Source: a virus
Lineage: Duplodnaviria > Heunggongvirae > Uroviricota > Caudoviricetes
Length of the DNA stretch: 37,726 nt
Reading direction: 5' to 3' (one strand)
IMG/VR virus record: IMGVR_UViG_2711768052_000002
Shown: in pieces, positions 24,931-35,374 of the stretch
How the letters are laid out: each line of letters starts with the position of its first letter
How positions within the stretch are numbered: the stretch's first letter is position 1
Position numbers and translations under genes: made by a program
The notes under the pieces: generated by a model
Told to the model about the DNA's origin: nothing
Database searches by the model: none
Seen by the model: only the letters and a program-made list of their open reading frames with translations

Positions 24931-26160
24931 ATGAAACTGCATGAACTGAAACAGAAACGTAATACTATCGCAACTGACATGCGCGCCCTGAATGAAAAAA
25001 TTGGTGATAACGCATGGACGGAAGAGCAGCGCACTGAGTGGAACAAAGCAAAATCCGAACTGGAAGCGCTTGATGAACGAATTGCACGCGAAGAAGAACT
25101 GCGTCGTCAGGATCAGGCGTACATTGAAAGCAATGAGGAAGAGCAGCGTCAGAATCTTGATCCGGAAAACAATCCGCAACAGGATGAGAAACGAGCTCAG
25201 GTTTTTGATAAGTGGATGCGTCACGGTGCCAGTGAGCTGACATCAGAAGAACGAAAGGCGTTGCGTGAACTTCGTGCCCAGGGTGTAGCTCAGGATGAAA
25301 AGGGCGGATATACCGTACCAGAAACATTCCTGGCGAAAGTTGTTGAGAAGATGAAATCCTACGGTGGCATCGCCAGTGTGGCGCAGATTCTGACCACTTC
25401 TGACGGTCGCACTATGGAGTGGGCAACAGCTGATGGTACTTCCGAAGTTGGTGTTCTGCTGGGCGAAAATGAAGAAGCCGGTGAAGAAGACACCGATTTC
25501 GGTATGGGAAGTCTTGGGGCGCTCAAAATGACATCGAAAATCATTCGTGTGTCTAATGAGTTGCTGCAGGACAGCGCGATCGATATGGAAGCTTATCTTG
25601 CCCGTCGCATTGCTGAACGTATTGGTCGTGGTGAAGCCCGTTATCTGATTCAGGGGACGGGTGCTGGTACGCCTAAACAACCCAAAGGGCTGGTCGCATC
25701 TGTGACCGGCACAACACAGACTGCCGCGGCAAATACGGTGAAGTGGCAGGAAATTCTGGCTCTGAAACACAGCATTGATCCTGCATATCGTCGCGGGCCG
25801 AAATTCCGCCTGGCGTTTAACGATAATACGCTGAAACTGATCAGTGAGATGGAAGACGGTCAGGGACGCCCTTTATGGTTGCCGGATATTGTTGGTGTGG
25901 CACCTGCTTCAGTGTTGAATGTACCGTATGTCATTGATCAGGAAATTGATGATATCGGGGCGGGTAAAAAATTCATGTTCTGTGGTGACTTTGATCGCTT
26001 CATTATCCGTCGTGTGCGATACATGATTCTTAAACGTCTGGTTGAGCGTTACGCGGAATATGATCAGACCGGTTTTCTGGCCTTCCATCGTTTTGACTGT
26101 ATCCTGGAAGACACCTCTGCCATTAAAGCGCTGGTGGGGAAAGGTAGCGTTGGTGGTTGA
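24931..26160 (+). CDS. major capsid protein (HK97 fold) with N-terminal delta/scaffold domain
   Basis: 409 aa; N-terminal ~120 aa charged coiled-coil (delta domain) then capsid core; canonical protease-capsid order; hairpins follow the stop. Confidence 0.9.
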   Translation: MKLHELKQKRNTIATDMRALNEKIGDNAWTEEQRTEWNKAKSELEALDERIAREEELRRQDQAYIESNEEEQRQNLDPENNPQQDEKRAQVFDKWMRHGASELTSEERKALRELRAQGVAQDEKGGYTVPETFLAKVVEKMKSYGGIASVAQILTTSDGRTMEWATADGTSEVGVLLGENEEAGEEDTDFGMGSLGALKMTSKIIRVSNELLQDSAIDMEAYLARRIAERIGRGEARYLIQGTGAGTPKQPKGLVASVTGTTQTAAANTVKWQEILALKHSIDPAYRRGPKFRLAFNDNTLKLISEMEDGQGRPLWLPDIVGVAPASVLNVPYVIDQEIDDIGAGKKFMFCGDFDRFIIRRVRYMILKRLVERYAEYDQTGFLAFHRFDCILEDTSAIKALVGKGSVGG

Positions 26161-26238
26161 TTAGTCTTTTTACGTAATACAGCACGCCGCGTAATGCGGT
26201 TTTTTTGTGCCCGCGTTCTGGCGGGCACAGGAGGTTTT

Positions 26239-26562
26239 ATGCTGTTAAAAATGGAAGAGATTAAGCTTCAGCTCCGTCTGGATGATGATTTCTCTGATGA
26301 AGATGAGTTGCTTGAACTGCTTGGTAAGGCCGCTCAGAGTCGTACGGAAAACTTCCTTAACCGTAAGTTGTATGCAACCGCAGATGACAGGCCTGCGGAT
26401 GATCCTGATGGGCTTGTGATATCTGATGATGTGAAGCTGGCGCTTCTGCTACTTGTCAGCCATTTCTACGAAAACCGCTCAACGGTTACAGACGTTGAGA
26501 AAATGGAGTTGCCAATGAGTTTTAACTGGTTGGTTGTTCCTTATCGCCTTATACCACTATGA
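26239..26562 (+). CDS. head-tail connector protein (gp6-like)
   Basis: Small acidic protein with RBS AGGAGG before ATG 26239; the track's upstream extension to 26194 runs through terminator-like hairpins and is rejected. Confidence 0.65.
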   Translation: MLLKMEEIKLQLRLDDDFSDEDELLELLGKAAQSRTENFLNRKLYATADDRPADDPDGLVISDDVKLALLLLVSHFYENRSTVTDVEKMELPMSFNWLVVPYRLIPL

Positions 26563-26969
26563 AAATTCGTCAGGCGCAGACCAGCGCAACCTACATTCTG
26601 CCGGATCCCGGCGAACTTAATAAACGCGTCCTGATCCGCCAGCGGGTGGATATGCCCGCGGATAACTTTGGCGTGGAGCCTCAATACCCGGTTGCGTTCC
26701 GGGCATGGGCGAAGGTTATCCAGACCAGTGCCACCACCTGGCAGGAAACCGCGCAGATCGGAGACGCCATCACCCATTACATCACCATTCGCTACCGCCG
26801 GAGGATCACTGCTGATTATGAGGTGGTCTGTGATGACAGTGTGTACCGGGTGAAACGTCAGCGTGATCTGAACGGGGCGCGGCGCTTTCTGCTGCTGGAG
26901 TGTACGGAACTGGGTGCCGAAGAACAAATGGGAGGACGCAGTGGAGCAGACAGCATTTTTACACGTTGA
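26559..26969 (+). CDS. head closure / head-tail adaptor protein
   Basis: 136 aa, overlapping start/stop with the connector gene; typical position and size. Confidence 0.6.
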   Translation: MKIRQAQTSATYILPDPGELNKRVLIRQRVDMPADNFGVEPQYPVAFRAWAKVIQTSATTWQETAQIGDAITHYITIRYRRRITADYEVVCDDSVYRVKRQRDLNGARRFLLLECTELGAEEQMGGRSGADSIFTR

Positions 26970-27465
26970 TTTCAAACAACCGGAGGAGATGGAGTTTAAT
27001 CGTGCCAGGCTCCGAAGGGCATTTGTTCAAATCGGGCGTGTCTATATGCGTGATGCCCGGCGGCTGGTGATGCGACGTGGTCGGTCTGCTCCAGGTGAAA
27101 ACCCCGGCTATCAGACCGGACGACTTGCGCGCTCTATAGGTTATTACGTCCCCCGTAAAAGCTCCCGTCGTTCTGGCCTGATGGTCAGGATCTCCCCTAA
27201 CCAGAAAAACGGGCAGGGTAACCGGCGTTTTCCTGAAGGTTCTGCGTATTATCCGGCGTTTCTGTATTACGGTGTGCGTCATGCCGCATACGGGATGAGC
27301 AAAAAGGATAAGCGCCAGAAAAAGCAGCATTCATCCCGCTGGCGGCTGGCACCACGTAATAACTTTATGGCTGATGTCATCGACCAGCGTCGTTACTGGA
27401 CACAAAAGTTACTGTCCCGTGAGTTACAGCGGTCATTACGTCCTGTAAGAAGGAAAAAAACATGA
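26941..27465 (+). CDS. HK97 gp10-like neck/tail component
   Basis: Start at GTG 26941 with RBS GGGAGG 6 nt upstream; basic protein in neck-module position. Confidence 0.5.
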   Translation: MEQTAFLHVDFKQPEEMEFNRARLRRAFVQIGRVYMRDARRLVMRRGRSAPGENPGYQTGRLARSIGYYVPRKSSRRSGLMVRISPNQKNGQGNRRFPEGSAYYPAFLYYGVRHAAYGMSKKDKRQKKQHSSRWRLAPRNNFMADVIDQRRYWTQKLLSRELQRSLRPVRRKKT

Positions 27466-28022
27466 AACTGACGCCTGTTATTGCTGCGCTGCGTGCCCGC
27501 TGCCCGTATTTTGAAAACCGGGTGGCAGGCGCGGCCCAGTTCAAAAATCTGCCGGAGGTCGGAAAGCTGAAACTCCCGGCGGCATATGTGGTACCGGGGG
27601 ATGATTCTCCGGGAGAAAACAAAAGCCAGACCGACTACTGGCAGGAGCTGAAAGAGGGCTTCTCCGTGGTTGTCATACTGAGTAACTGGCGTGATGAGCG
27701 CGGTCAGTTTGCCTCGTATGATGTGGTGGACGATGTCCGGCAGATGCTCTTTAAGGCCCTGCTGGGCTGGAACCCGGAAGCGTGCGGTAACCCGATTACC
27801 TATGACGGCGGCACGCTGCTGGATCTGAATCGTCATGAGCTGATTTATCAGTTCGATTTTTCGGTCATCAGCGAGCTGACCGAAGACGATACCCGCCAGC
27901 AGGATGAGCTGAACAGTCTGGATGAACTGCGAACGCTGGCGATTGATGTTGATTATCTCGATCCCGGTAACGGGCCTGACGGCGATATCGAACATCACAC
28001 CGAAATAACCCTTCCTTCCTGA
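27462..28022 (+). CDS. tail completion/neck protein (Mu gp37-like, tentative)
   Basis: 186 aa between head-closure genes and the sheath gene; family assigned by position only. Confidence 0.45.
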   Translation: MKLTPVIAALRARCPYFENRVAGAAQFKNLPEVGKLKLPAAYVVPGDDSPGENKSQTDYWQELKEGFSVVVILSNWRDERGQFASYDVVDDVRQMLFKALLGWNPEACGNPITYDGGTLLDLNRHELIYQFDFSVISELTEDDTRQQDELNSLDELRTLAIDVDYLDPGNGPDGDIEHHTEITLPS

Positions 28023-28030
28023 GAATCTTC

Positions 28031-28201
28031 ATGTTTGTGAAACCTGTTAAAGAGCGGTCAGTGCCTGACCCTGCCCGCGGTGACCTTTTGCCCACCGAAG
28101 GGCGAAATGTTGACGAGAACAACTACTGGCTGCGCCGTGAAGCAGCGGGAGATATCCGGCGCGTGAATAAAAAGGTGAACACCGATGACGATGAGCTTTA
28201 A
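28031..28201 (+). CDS. small conserved protein upstream of the sheath gene (DUF2635-like, tentative)
   Basis: 56-aa ORF (MFVKPVKERSVPDPARGDLLPTEGRN...) not in the track because under 60 aa; overlaps the sheath start; similar small ORFs precede sheath genes in Mu-like tail modules. Confidence 0.35.
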   Translation: MFVKPVKERSVPDPARGDLLPTEGRNVDENNYWLRREAAGDIRRVNKKVNTDDDEL

Positions 28202-29681
28202 CACCATTCCGTCGAATACGCTGGTTCCGCTGTTTTATGCGGAAATGGATAACCAGGCGGCGAATACTGCACAGGACAGCGGAGCATCGCTGCTGATTGG
28301 TCATGCCAATAACGGTGCAGAGATTGTTGCCAACAGTCTGGTGCTGATGCCATCGGCAGACTATGCACGCCAGATTTGTGGTGCGGGAAGTCAGCTGGCG
28401 CGTATGGTCGAGGCTTATCGCCAGACCGACCCGTTTGGCGAGCTGTATGTGATTGCCGTTCCTGAATCCACGGGCGCGGCAGCAACAGTTACGCTGACGG
28501 TGACCGGGGCGGCAACCGAAACCGGCACGGTGAATGTTTATGTGGGACGTACCCGCGTGCAGGCACCGGTGACCAATGGCGATAACGTCGCGACGATTGC
28601 CAGCAGTATCCAGGATGCCATCAATGCCGTTCCGGCCCTGCCGTTTACGGCCTCATCTTCGGCAGGCGTGGTCACACTGACCGCGCGTCATAAGGGGCTT
28701 TGCGGGAATGAAATTCCTGTCAGCCTCAATTACTACGGCTTTGGTGGGGGCGAAGTGCTGCCTGCGGGCGTACAGATTGCCGTGGCGACGGGGACCGCCG
28801 GAACGGGCTCTCCTGTTCTCACTGGCGCGGTGGCTGCAATGGCGGATGAGCCGTTTGATTATATCGGCCTGCCGTTCAACGACACGGCCTCCGTTAACAC
28901 GCTGGTGACCGAGATGAACGATACCAGCGGTCGCTGGAGCTATGCGCGTCAGCTGTATGGTCATGTGTATACGGCAAAGACCGGCACACTGTCAGAACTG
29001 GTGAACGCAGGTGACCAGTTTAACCAGCAGCACATCACCCTGGCGGGGTACGAAAAAGAGACCCAGACGCCTGCCGACGAGCTGGCGGCAAGCCGTACCG
29101 CCCGCGCAGCAGTGTTTATCCGCAACGATCCGGCACGTCCCACGCAGACCGGTGAGCTGGTGGGTATGCTGCCTGCGCCGAAGGGGAAACGGTTCACGAT
29201 GACCGAGCAGCAGACCCTGCTGTCTCATGGCGTGGCAACGGCGTATGTCGAAAGCGGGGTGCTGCGCATTCAGCGTGATGTCACCACGTACAGGAAAAAT
29301 GCTTACGGGGTTGCGGATAACAGCTACCTCGACAGCGAGACGCTGCATACCAGTGCGTATGTACTGCGCAAACTGAAATCCGTCATTACCAGTAAGTACG
29401 GGCGTCACAAGCTTGCCAGCGACGGTACCCGCTTTGGTCCCGGTCAGGCGATTGTCACCCCGGCGGTGATCAAAGGGGAACTGCTGGCAACCTACCGTCA
29501 GCTTGAGCGTGCGGGGATCGTGGAAAACTACGAACTGTTTAAGCAGTACCTGGTTGTGGAGCGTGATGCCAGCGATCCGAACCGCCTGAACACGCTGTTC
29601 CCGCCTGACTATGTTAACCAGTTGCGTGTCTTTGCCGTGGTTAACCAGTTCCGTCTTCAGTATTCAGAGGAGTCTGCATAA
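28185..29681 (+). CDS. contractile tail sheath protein
   Basis: 498 aa immediately upstream of tube, chaperone and tape-measure genes (myovirus order). Confidence 0.8.
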   Translation: MTMSFNTIPSNTLVPLFYAEMDNQAANTAQDSGASLLIGHANNGAEIVANSLVLMPSADYARQICGAGSQLARMVEAYRQTDPFGELYVIAVPESTGAAATVTLTVTGAATETGTVNVYVGRTRVQAPVTNGDNVATIASSIQDAINAVPALPFTASSSAGVVTLTARHKGLCGNEIPVSLNYYGFGGGEVLPAGVQIAVATGTAGTGSPVLTGAVAAMADEPFDYIGLPFNDTASVNTLVTEMNDTSGRWSYARQLYGHVYTAKTGTLSELVNAGDQFNQQHITLAGYEKETQTPADELAASRTARAAVFIRNDPARPTQTGELVGMLPAPKGKRFTMTEQQTLLSHGVATAYVESGVLRIQRDVTTYRKNAYGVADNSYLDSETLHTSAYVLRKLKSVITSKYGRHKLASDGTRFGPGQAIVTPAVIKGELLATYRQLERAGIVENYELFKQYLVVERDASDPNRLNTLFPPDYVNQLRVFAVVNQFRLQYSEESA

Positions 29682-30037
29682 TGGCCCGTATCGGGGGAAC
29701 CTGTTATTTCAAAATTGACGGTCAGCAGCTATCGCTGACTGGCGGCATTGAGGTGCCCATGAACAGGACGGTCAATGATGACATCATCGGCCTGGACGGT
29801 TCAGTGGACCGCAAGGAAACTCACCGTGCGCCCTATGTCAAAGGGACCTTCAAGGTGCCGAAGAATTTTCCGGTGAGCAAAATCACCTCGTCTGATGAGA
29901 TGACCATCACTGCCGAGCTGGCGAACGGTCAGGTCTATGTACTGTCGTCTGCCTGGCTGCACGGCGAAGCGAACCATAATGCCGAAGAAGGCACGGTTGA
30001 TCTTGAGTTCCACGGTGAAGAAGGGGATTACCAGTGA
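29681..30037 (+). CDS. tail tube protein
   Basis: 118 aa directly after the sheath gene with overlapping stop/start; Mu gp40-like position. Confidence 0.7.
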   Translation: MARIGGTCYFKIDGQQLSLTGGIEVPMNRTVNDDIIGLDGSVDRKETHRAPYVKGTFKVPKNFPVSKITSSDEMTITAELANGQVYVLSSAWLHGEANHNAEEGTVDLEFHGEEGDYQ

Positions 30038-30357
30038 TTGAGCTTGTACTTAAAAAACCGATCATCGCCCACAAAGAAACACTGCATGTGCTGGAAATAC
30101 GTGAGCCTACGTATGACGAGATTGAGGCGCTGGGGTTCCCTTTCTCTGTTTCACCTGATGGTGGTATGAAAATGGACAGTCAGGTAGCGCTGAAATATAT
30201 CCCGCTTCTGGCCGGGATCCCGCGCTCGTCTGCAGCGCAGATGACGAAGCTGGATATTTTCAAGGCAGGCATGATTGTAATGCGTTTTTTTACCGGCTTG
30301 GAGACGGAAGAGACCTCCGGAAGCGATTCTACAATGTCGCGTGGTTCTGGAAATTAA
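30034..30357 (+). CDS. tail assembly chaperone (Mu gp41-like)
   Basis: 107-aa ORF between tube and tape-measure genes. Confidence 0.55.
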   Translation: MIELVLKKPIIAHKETLHVLEIREPTYDEIEALGFPFSVSPDGGMKMDSQVALKYIPLLAGIPRSSAAQMTKLDIFKAGMIVMRFFTGLETEETSGSDSTMSRGSGN

Positions 30358-30441
30358 ACCCCCTTGAACTTCGCCGGACGGCTATTTCCCACTTTGCTGA
30401 TCTGGAGGCAGAGGCCGTCCGTATAAATGAGGAGATGAAGC

Positions 30442-32349
30442 ATGGCTGATAATTTTCAGCTGAAAGCCATCATCACCGCCGTTGACAGGCTGTCCGGCCC
30501 GCTTAAAGGTATGCAGCGTCAGCTTAAGGGGTTTCAGAAAGAAGTCTCCAGCCTTGCTCTGGGCGCTGCCGGGGCGGGTACTGCAATAATGGGGGCACTG
30601 GCACTCCCTGTAAAATCAGCCATCACCCTTGAATCGAAGATGGCTGATGTCCGCAAAGTGGTGGACGGTCTGGATACGCCGGATGCGTTTAAGGCCATGA
30701 CGGAGCAGGTACGCGCTTTGTCTACTGAGCTTCCCATGTCTGCAGACGGGATCGCGGAAATTGTGGCGGCTGGCGGTCAGGCCGGGATTGCACGTGATGA
30801 ACTGATGCAGTTTGCCACTGATGCGGTGAAGATGGGCGTGGCCTTTGATACCACGGCTGAAGAGTCCGGGCAGATGATGGCCCAGTGGCGTACTGCGTTT
30901 AATATGACGCAGGATGAAGTGGCCGGGCTGGCTGACAAAATCAACTACCTTGGTAATACCGGCCCGGCGAATGCGAAGAAAATCTCCGATATTGTTACGC
31001 GTATTGGTCCTTTAGGTGGTGTTGCAGGTGTGGCTTCCGGCGAAATCGCGGCAATGGGGGCAACCATTGCCGGGATGGGCGTGGAGTCAGAAATTGCCGC
31101 CACAGGGATCAAGAACTTCATGCTTTCCCTGACCGCGGGAAATTCCGCGACAAAATCGCAGAAACAGGCATTACGTTTTCTGCGGATCAATCCGAAGAAA
31201 TTAGCTGCTGATATGCAGAAAGATGCCCGGGGAACCATGCTGTCTGTACTGGATGCGATGGCTAAAGTGCCCAAAGAAAAACAGGCAGCTGTGCTGAATG
31301 CCCTGTTCGGGAAAGAGTCTCTGGGCGCGATAGCACCTCTGCTGACTAACCTTGATTTGTTGCGTACCAACTTCAGGCGGGTTGCGGATTCCCAGCAGTA
31401 TGGCAGTTCGATGCAGAAGGAATATGCTTCGAGGGCAGCGACGACGGAAAACCAGCTTTTACTTCTGCAAAATCAACTTGATGCCATTTCTTCCACGCTG
31501 GGGGAAACGTTTCTTCCTGAGGTTAATGATGGTCTTGAAGCGGTAAAACCGCTCCTTGAGGAAGTGAGAACGTTTGTCCGTGAAAACCCGGAGCTCGTTA
31601 AGACCATTGCTAAAATCGGTCTGGCCTTACTGACGGTGGGAGCCGCTGCAGGCTCTTTGTCCAGAATTATGAAAGTTCTCGGCGGTGTGATGAATATGAC
31701 GCCTGCTAAGGGGCTGATTGCTCTTCTGGTTGGTGGCGCTTACCTCATTATTGATAACTGGGAAACCGTAGGTCCTGTCATAAAAAAAGTCTGGCACGTG
31801 GTGGATGAAACGGCGCAGGCGATGGGGGGATGGGAAACTGTTCTGAAAGCGATTGCCCTGTTTATGGCAACCAAATGGGTTGCTGACGTTACCAAATCCA
31901 TTACCGCAGTGACCAGAGAGATGCGTACGCTGGGGAAGGTATCGGCAGAAACGGGATTGATGGGGAAAGGCCGCGGCTTTATCGGGAAGGCCGGGGTATA
32001 TGGTTTTCTGGGAACCCTGATGTATGAGCCGGTTAAAGATACTCTGGAAAGTGTTGTTCCTGAAGATACGGTTAACTGGCTGGATAATAAAGGGCTGTTT
32101 CTGGCTTCAGACTGGACGCCTTTTTTTGATCGTAAAGAGTACGAGCAGTATCAGGCCAGCCTGAGTCAGTACAAACCCAATGTTCCGCTGTTGAATCCAT
32201 CTTCTTCCATGACACAGCACAGCGAGCTGAAAGTCACGTTCGAGAATGCTCCGCCAGGTATGAAGATAATTGATGTACCGGGCAAAGCCGATCCCCTGAT
32301 GAAAATCACGCACGATGTGGGGTATTCCCCTTTTCGTTTTCCACGATAA
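30442..32349 (+). CDS. tail tape measure protein
   Basis: 635 aa, Ala/Gly-rich with predicted helical and hydrophobic segments (LALLTVGAAAGSL, LIALLVGGAYLII); canonical position between chaperone and baseplate genes. Confidence 0.85.
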   Translation: MADNFQLKAIITAVDRLSGPLKGMQRQLKGFQKEVSSLALGAAGAGTAIMGALALPVKSAITLESKMADVRKVVDGLDTPDAFKAMTEQVRALSTELPMSADGIAEIVAAGGQAGIARDELMQFATDAVKMGVAFDTTAEESGQMMAQWRTAFNMTQDEVAGLADKINYLGNTGPANAKKISDIVTRIGPLGGVAGVASGEIAAMGATIAGMGVESEIAATGIKNFMLSLTAGNSATKSQKQALRFLRINPKKLAADMQKDARGTMLSVLDAMAKVPKEKQAAVLNALFGKESLGAIAPLLTNLDLLRTNFRRVADSQQYGSSMQKEYASRAATTENQLLLLQNQLDAISSTLGETFLPEVNDGLEAVKPLLEEVRTFVRENPELVKTIAKIGLALLTVGAAAGSLSRIMKVLGGVMNMTPAKGLIALLVGGAYLIIDNWETVGPVIKKVWHVVDETAQAMGGWETVLKAIALFMATKWVADVTKSITAVTREMRTLGKVSAETGLMGKGRGFIGKAGVYGFLGTLMYEPVKDTLESVVPEDTVNWLDNKGLFLASDWTPFFDRKEYEQYQASLSQYKPNVPLLNPSSSMTQHSELKVTFENAPPGMKIIDVPGKADPLMKITHDVGYSPFRFPR

Positions 32350-32373
32350 CGCAGTCCTTTTTGAGGTCAGTCT

Positions 32374-33750
32374 ATGGATTTATCCTCATTTCCCACCCGA
32401 CCTTCATTACTTTCGTCGTCTTCAGGCTGGCGTGACAGACTTCAGGACGCGTCATTTCGCGGCGTGCCGTTTAAGGTTGAAGAAGAAAGTGCGGGAACCG
32501 GTCGCCGTGTGGAAACACATGAATACCCGAACCGCGACAAACCCTATACCGAAGACCTGGGGAAAATCACTTTTCGCCCGTCCATCACGGCTTATGTGGT
32601 GGGAGATGACTGCTTTGACCAGCGCGATCGCCTGATTGACGCGCTGAATAAACCCGGTCCCGGCACGCTTGTCCATCCGACATACGGTGAGCTGAAAGTC
32701 TGTGTTGACGGAGAAGTTCGGGTCAGCACATCGAAGAGTGAAGGGCGTATTGTCCGCTTTGACCTGAAGTTTGTCGAAGCGGGAGAACTCTCTTACCCCA
32801 CTTCAGGTGCGGCGACGGCGCAGACGCTGATGTCATCCTGTTCTGCACTGGATGACTGCATCAGTGACAGCTTCAGAGGTTTCAGTATCGATGGCGTGGC
32901 GGATTTCGTGCAGAACGACGTCGTTGGTAATGTCAGCACAATGCTTGGGTATGTTTCTGATGCGATGAAAGTGGTGGATTCTGCCGTATCGGATGCTGCC
33001 AGGCTGTTGCAGGGGGATATCTCGGTACTTCTGCCGCCACCATCGTCAGGCAAAAATCTCGTTGAGCAGGTGCAGAAAATGTGGCGTACCGGGAAACGCC
33101 TTTATGGTAACGCCAGCGACCTGGTCACCATGATCAAAACGCTTTCCGGTGTCAGCCTCGGCAGCGATCTGCAACCGCGCGGCGTCTGGAAAACGGACAG
33201 TAAAACCACCGCCACGGCGACGCATCAGCGTAACGAGGTTGCCAGTACCCTTCGTACGACCGCAATCAGCGAAGCGGCGTATGCCGTCACCCGATTGCCT
33301 GCGCCAACAACTTCCGCGGTGATGCAGAATGCCGCAGTGGGGCAGTCAACAACACCTGCGCAGAGCACTGGCTGGCCTTCCGTCACGCATCCGGCACTGA
33401 ACAATGCACCGGCGGTGAAAAACACGGTTGACCTGCCAACGTGGGAAGAACTGACTGACATTCGCGACACACTGAATACGGCAATTGATAAGGAGTTGTC
33501 CCGTACAACCAGTGATGCGCTGTTTCTGGCACTGCGCCGGGTGAAAGCAGATCTGAATGCGGATATCAACACGCGCCTTGAACAGTCTGCACGGATCATT
33601 CAGCGCACACCGGATGAGGTTTTACCCGCGCTGGTGCTGGCGGCGACCTGGTTTGATAACGCGGCGCGTGATGCGGACATTATCCGGCGTAATGCCATTA
33701 CGCATCCCGGCTTTGTGCCGGTGATCCCTCTGAAGGTGCCAGTGCAATGA
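32374..33750 (+). CDS. Mu gp43-like DNA circulation / tail protein
   Basis: 458 aa directly after the tape measure gene; N-terminal region RLQDASFRGVPFKVEEESAGTGRRVETHEYPNRDKPYTEDLG resembles the recalled Mu gp43 N-terminal pattern. Confidence 0.7.
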   Translation: MDLSSFPTRPSLLSSSSGWRDRLQDASFRGVPFKVEEESAGTGRRVETHEYPNRDKPYTEDLGKITFRPSITAYVVGDDCFDQRDRLIDALNKPGPGTLVHPTYGELKVCVDGEVRVSTSKSEGRIVRFDLKFVEAGELSYPTSGAATAQTLMSSCSALDDCISDSFRGFSIDGVADFVQNDVVGNVSTMLGYVSDAMKVVDSAVSDAARLLQGDISVLLPPPSSGKNLVEQVQKMWRTGKRLYGNASDLVTMIKTLSGVSLGSDLQPRGVWKTDSKTTATATHQRNEVASTLRTTAISEAAYAVTRLPAPTTSAVMQNAAVGQSTTPAQSTGWPSVTHPALNNAPAVKNTVDLPTWEELTDIRDTLNTAIDKELSRTTSDALFLALRRVKADLNADINTRLEQSARIIQRTPDEVLPALVLAATWFDNAARDADIIRRNAITHPGFVPVIPLKVPVQ

Positions 33751-34826
33751 ACGACAATGTCACGCTACGGGTAAATGGCCGGGAGTGGAATGGCTGGACA
33801 TCGGTGCGCATCGGTGCCGGTGTTGAACGACTGGCGCGGGATTTCAGTGTGGAGATCACCCGCCAGTGGCCGGGTGATGAGGGTATCACCACGCTTCAGC
33901 CGCGCATTAAAAACGGTTCAAAAGTGGAGGTGCTGATTGGTGATGAGCTGGTGATCACCGGCTGGGTGGAGGCGACGCCCGTTCGTTACGATGCCCGTTC
34001 GGTCAGCACCGGTATTGCCGGACGCAGTCTGACCGCTGACCTGATTGATTGTGCAGCTGAACCGACACAGTTTAACGGACGATCACTGGTACAGATTGCG
34101 CAGGCGCTTGCTGCGCCCTTCGGCATTGAGGTGGTGAACAGCGGTGCGCCGTCGGGTGTTATTCCTGATGTCCAGCCTGATCACGGTGAAACGGTGATCG
34201 AGGTGATTAACAAAATACTCGGTCAGCAGCAGGCGCTGGCTTATGACGACCCGCACGGCAGGCTGGTGATTGGCGGTATTGGCTCAACGCGGGCACATAC
34301 CGCGCTGGTACTCGGGGAAAACATCCTTTCCTGCGATACGGAGAAGAGTATCCGGGAGCGGTTTTCTGTTTACCAGGTGGCGGGGCAGCGTGCCGGAAAC
34401 GACGATGATTTCGGTGAGGCCACCACAACTGCGCTGCGGGCCCGCACAGAGGACGCATTTATTGCCCGTTACCGTCCGATGTATATCAGGCAGACAGGGC
34501 AGGCTACGGGGGCAGGCTGTATTGCGCGTGCTGACTTTGAAGCCCGACAACGGGCGGCGCGGACGGATGAAACCACCTATGTGGTGCAGGGCTGGCGACA
34601 GGGTAACGGTACGCTGTGGCAGCCCAACCAGCGGGTGATTGTCTTCGATCCGGTCTGTGGTTTCGACAATACCGAACTGCTTGTCTCGGAAGTCACGTTT
34701 ACTCAGGACCAGAATGGCACCCTGACGGAAATCCGTGTCGGCCCACCTGATGCTTATCTGCCTGAACCCGAAGCCCCCGGCGCGCGGAAAAAGAAAAAAG
34801 CCAGAGTACAGGAGGACCCGTTCTGA
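33747..34826 (+). CDS. baseplate hub protein (Mu gpP/gp44-like)
   Basis: 359 aa, overlapping start with the upstream gene; position before the gpV-like spike. Confidence 0.7.
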   Translation: MNDNVTLRVNGREWNGWTSVRIGAGVERLARDFSVEITRQWPGDEGITTLQPRIKNGSKVEVLIGDELVITGWVEATPVRYDARSVSTGIAGRSLTADLIDCAAEPTQFNGRSLVQIAQALAAPFGIEVVNSGAPSGVIPDVQPDHGETVIEVINKILGQQQALAYDDPHGRLVIGGIGSTRAHTALVLGENILSCDTEKSIRERFSVYQVAGQRAGNDDDFGEATTTALRARTEDAFIARYRPMYIRQTGQATGAGCIARADFEARQRAARTDETTYVVQGWRQGNGTLWQPNQRVIVFDPVCGFDNTELLVSEVTFTQDQNGTLTEIRVGPPDAYLPEPEAPGARKKKKARVQEDPF

Positions 34827-35374
34827 TGAAGGCGATTGAAGCCATGCAGCGACAACTCCTCGGCCTGATTGGGCGGGCGGTGGTGAAAAGCATCAGTGCC
34901 GCCACGAAATGTCAGACCGTGGATGTGTCCCTGATTGCCGGTGAACCCAAAGCCGGGGTTGAACATCTTGAACCCTACGGTTTTACCGCAAGGGCAAACA
35001 GCGGTGCGGAAGCGGTGGTGTTGTTTCCGGATGGTGACCGTTCTCATGCGGTGGTTGTTACGGTGTCGGACCGGCGCTACCGCCTGAAAGGGCTGCAGAC
35101 GGGTGAGGTGGCTGTCTATGACGATCAGGGGCAGTCCGTGACGCTGACCCGGGAGGGGATCGTGGTGGACGGTGCAGGTAAAACGATCACGTTTCGCAAT
35201 TCACCTAAAGCACGTTTTGAAATGGACCTGGAAGTGACAGGACAGGTGAAAGACCTGTGCGACTCCAGCGGCACCACCATGTCAGCGATGCGGCTTGCCT
35301 ATAACGGGCATCGTCACAGAGAGAACGATCAGGGCAGTAACACCGACAAACCTGATAAAGCGATGGAGGCATGA
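34826..35374 (+). CDS. baseplate spike/assembly protein V (Mu gp45-like)
   Basis: 182 aa; OB-fold-like N-terminal region with GxVxV patterns (GEVAVYDDQGQSVTLT); position. Confidence 0.7.
   Translation: MKAIEAMQRQLLGLIGRAVVKSISAATKCQTVDVSLIAGEPKAGVEHLEPYGFTARANSGAEAVVLFPDGDRSHAVVVTVSDRRYRLKGLQTGEVAVYDDQGQSVTLTREGIVVDGAGKTITFRNSPKARFEMDLEVTGQVKDLCDSSGTTMSAMRLAYNGHRHRENDQGSNTDKPDKAMEA

Noticed and set aside
25243-25770. 175-aa minus-strand ORF inside the major capsid gene
   Set aside because: Antisense to the capsid gene, whose call is strongly supported; no independent evidence.
26194-26238. Track start of the connector ORF at 26194
   Set aside because: This extension runs through terminator-like hairpins and lacks an RBS; the ATG at 26239 has an AGGAGG RBS.
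27393-27998. 201-aa minus-strand ORF antisense to the neck/tail-completion genes
   Set aside because: Antisense to a syntenic structural gene block; GC-rich artefact.
30945-31370. 141-aa minus-strand ORF inside the tape measure gene
   Set aside because: Antisense shadow ORF within a long GC-rich gene.
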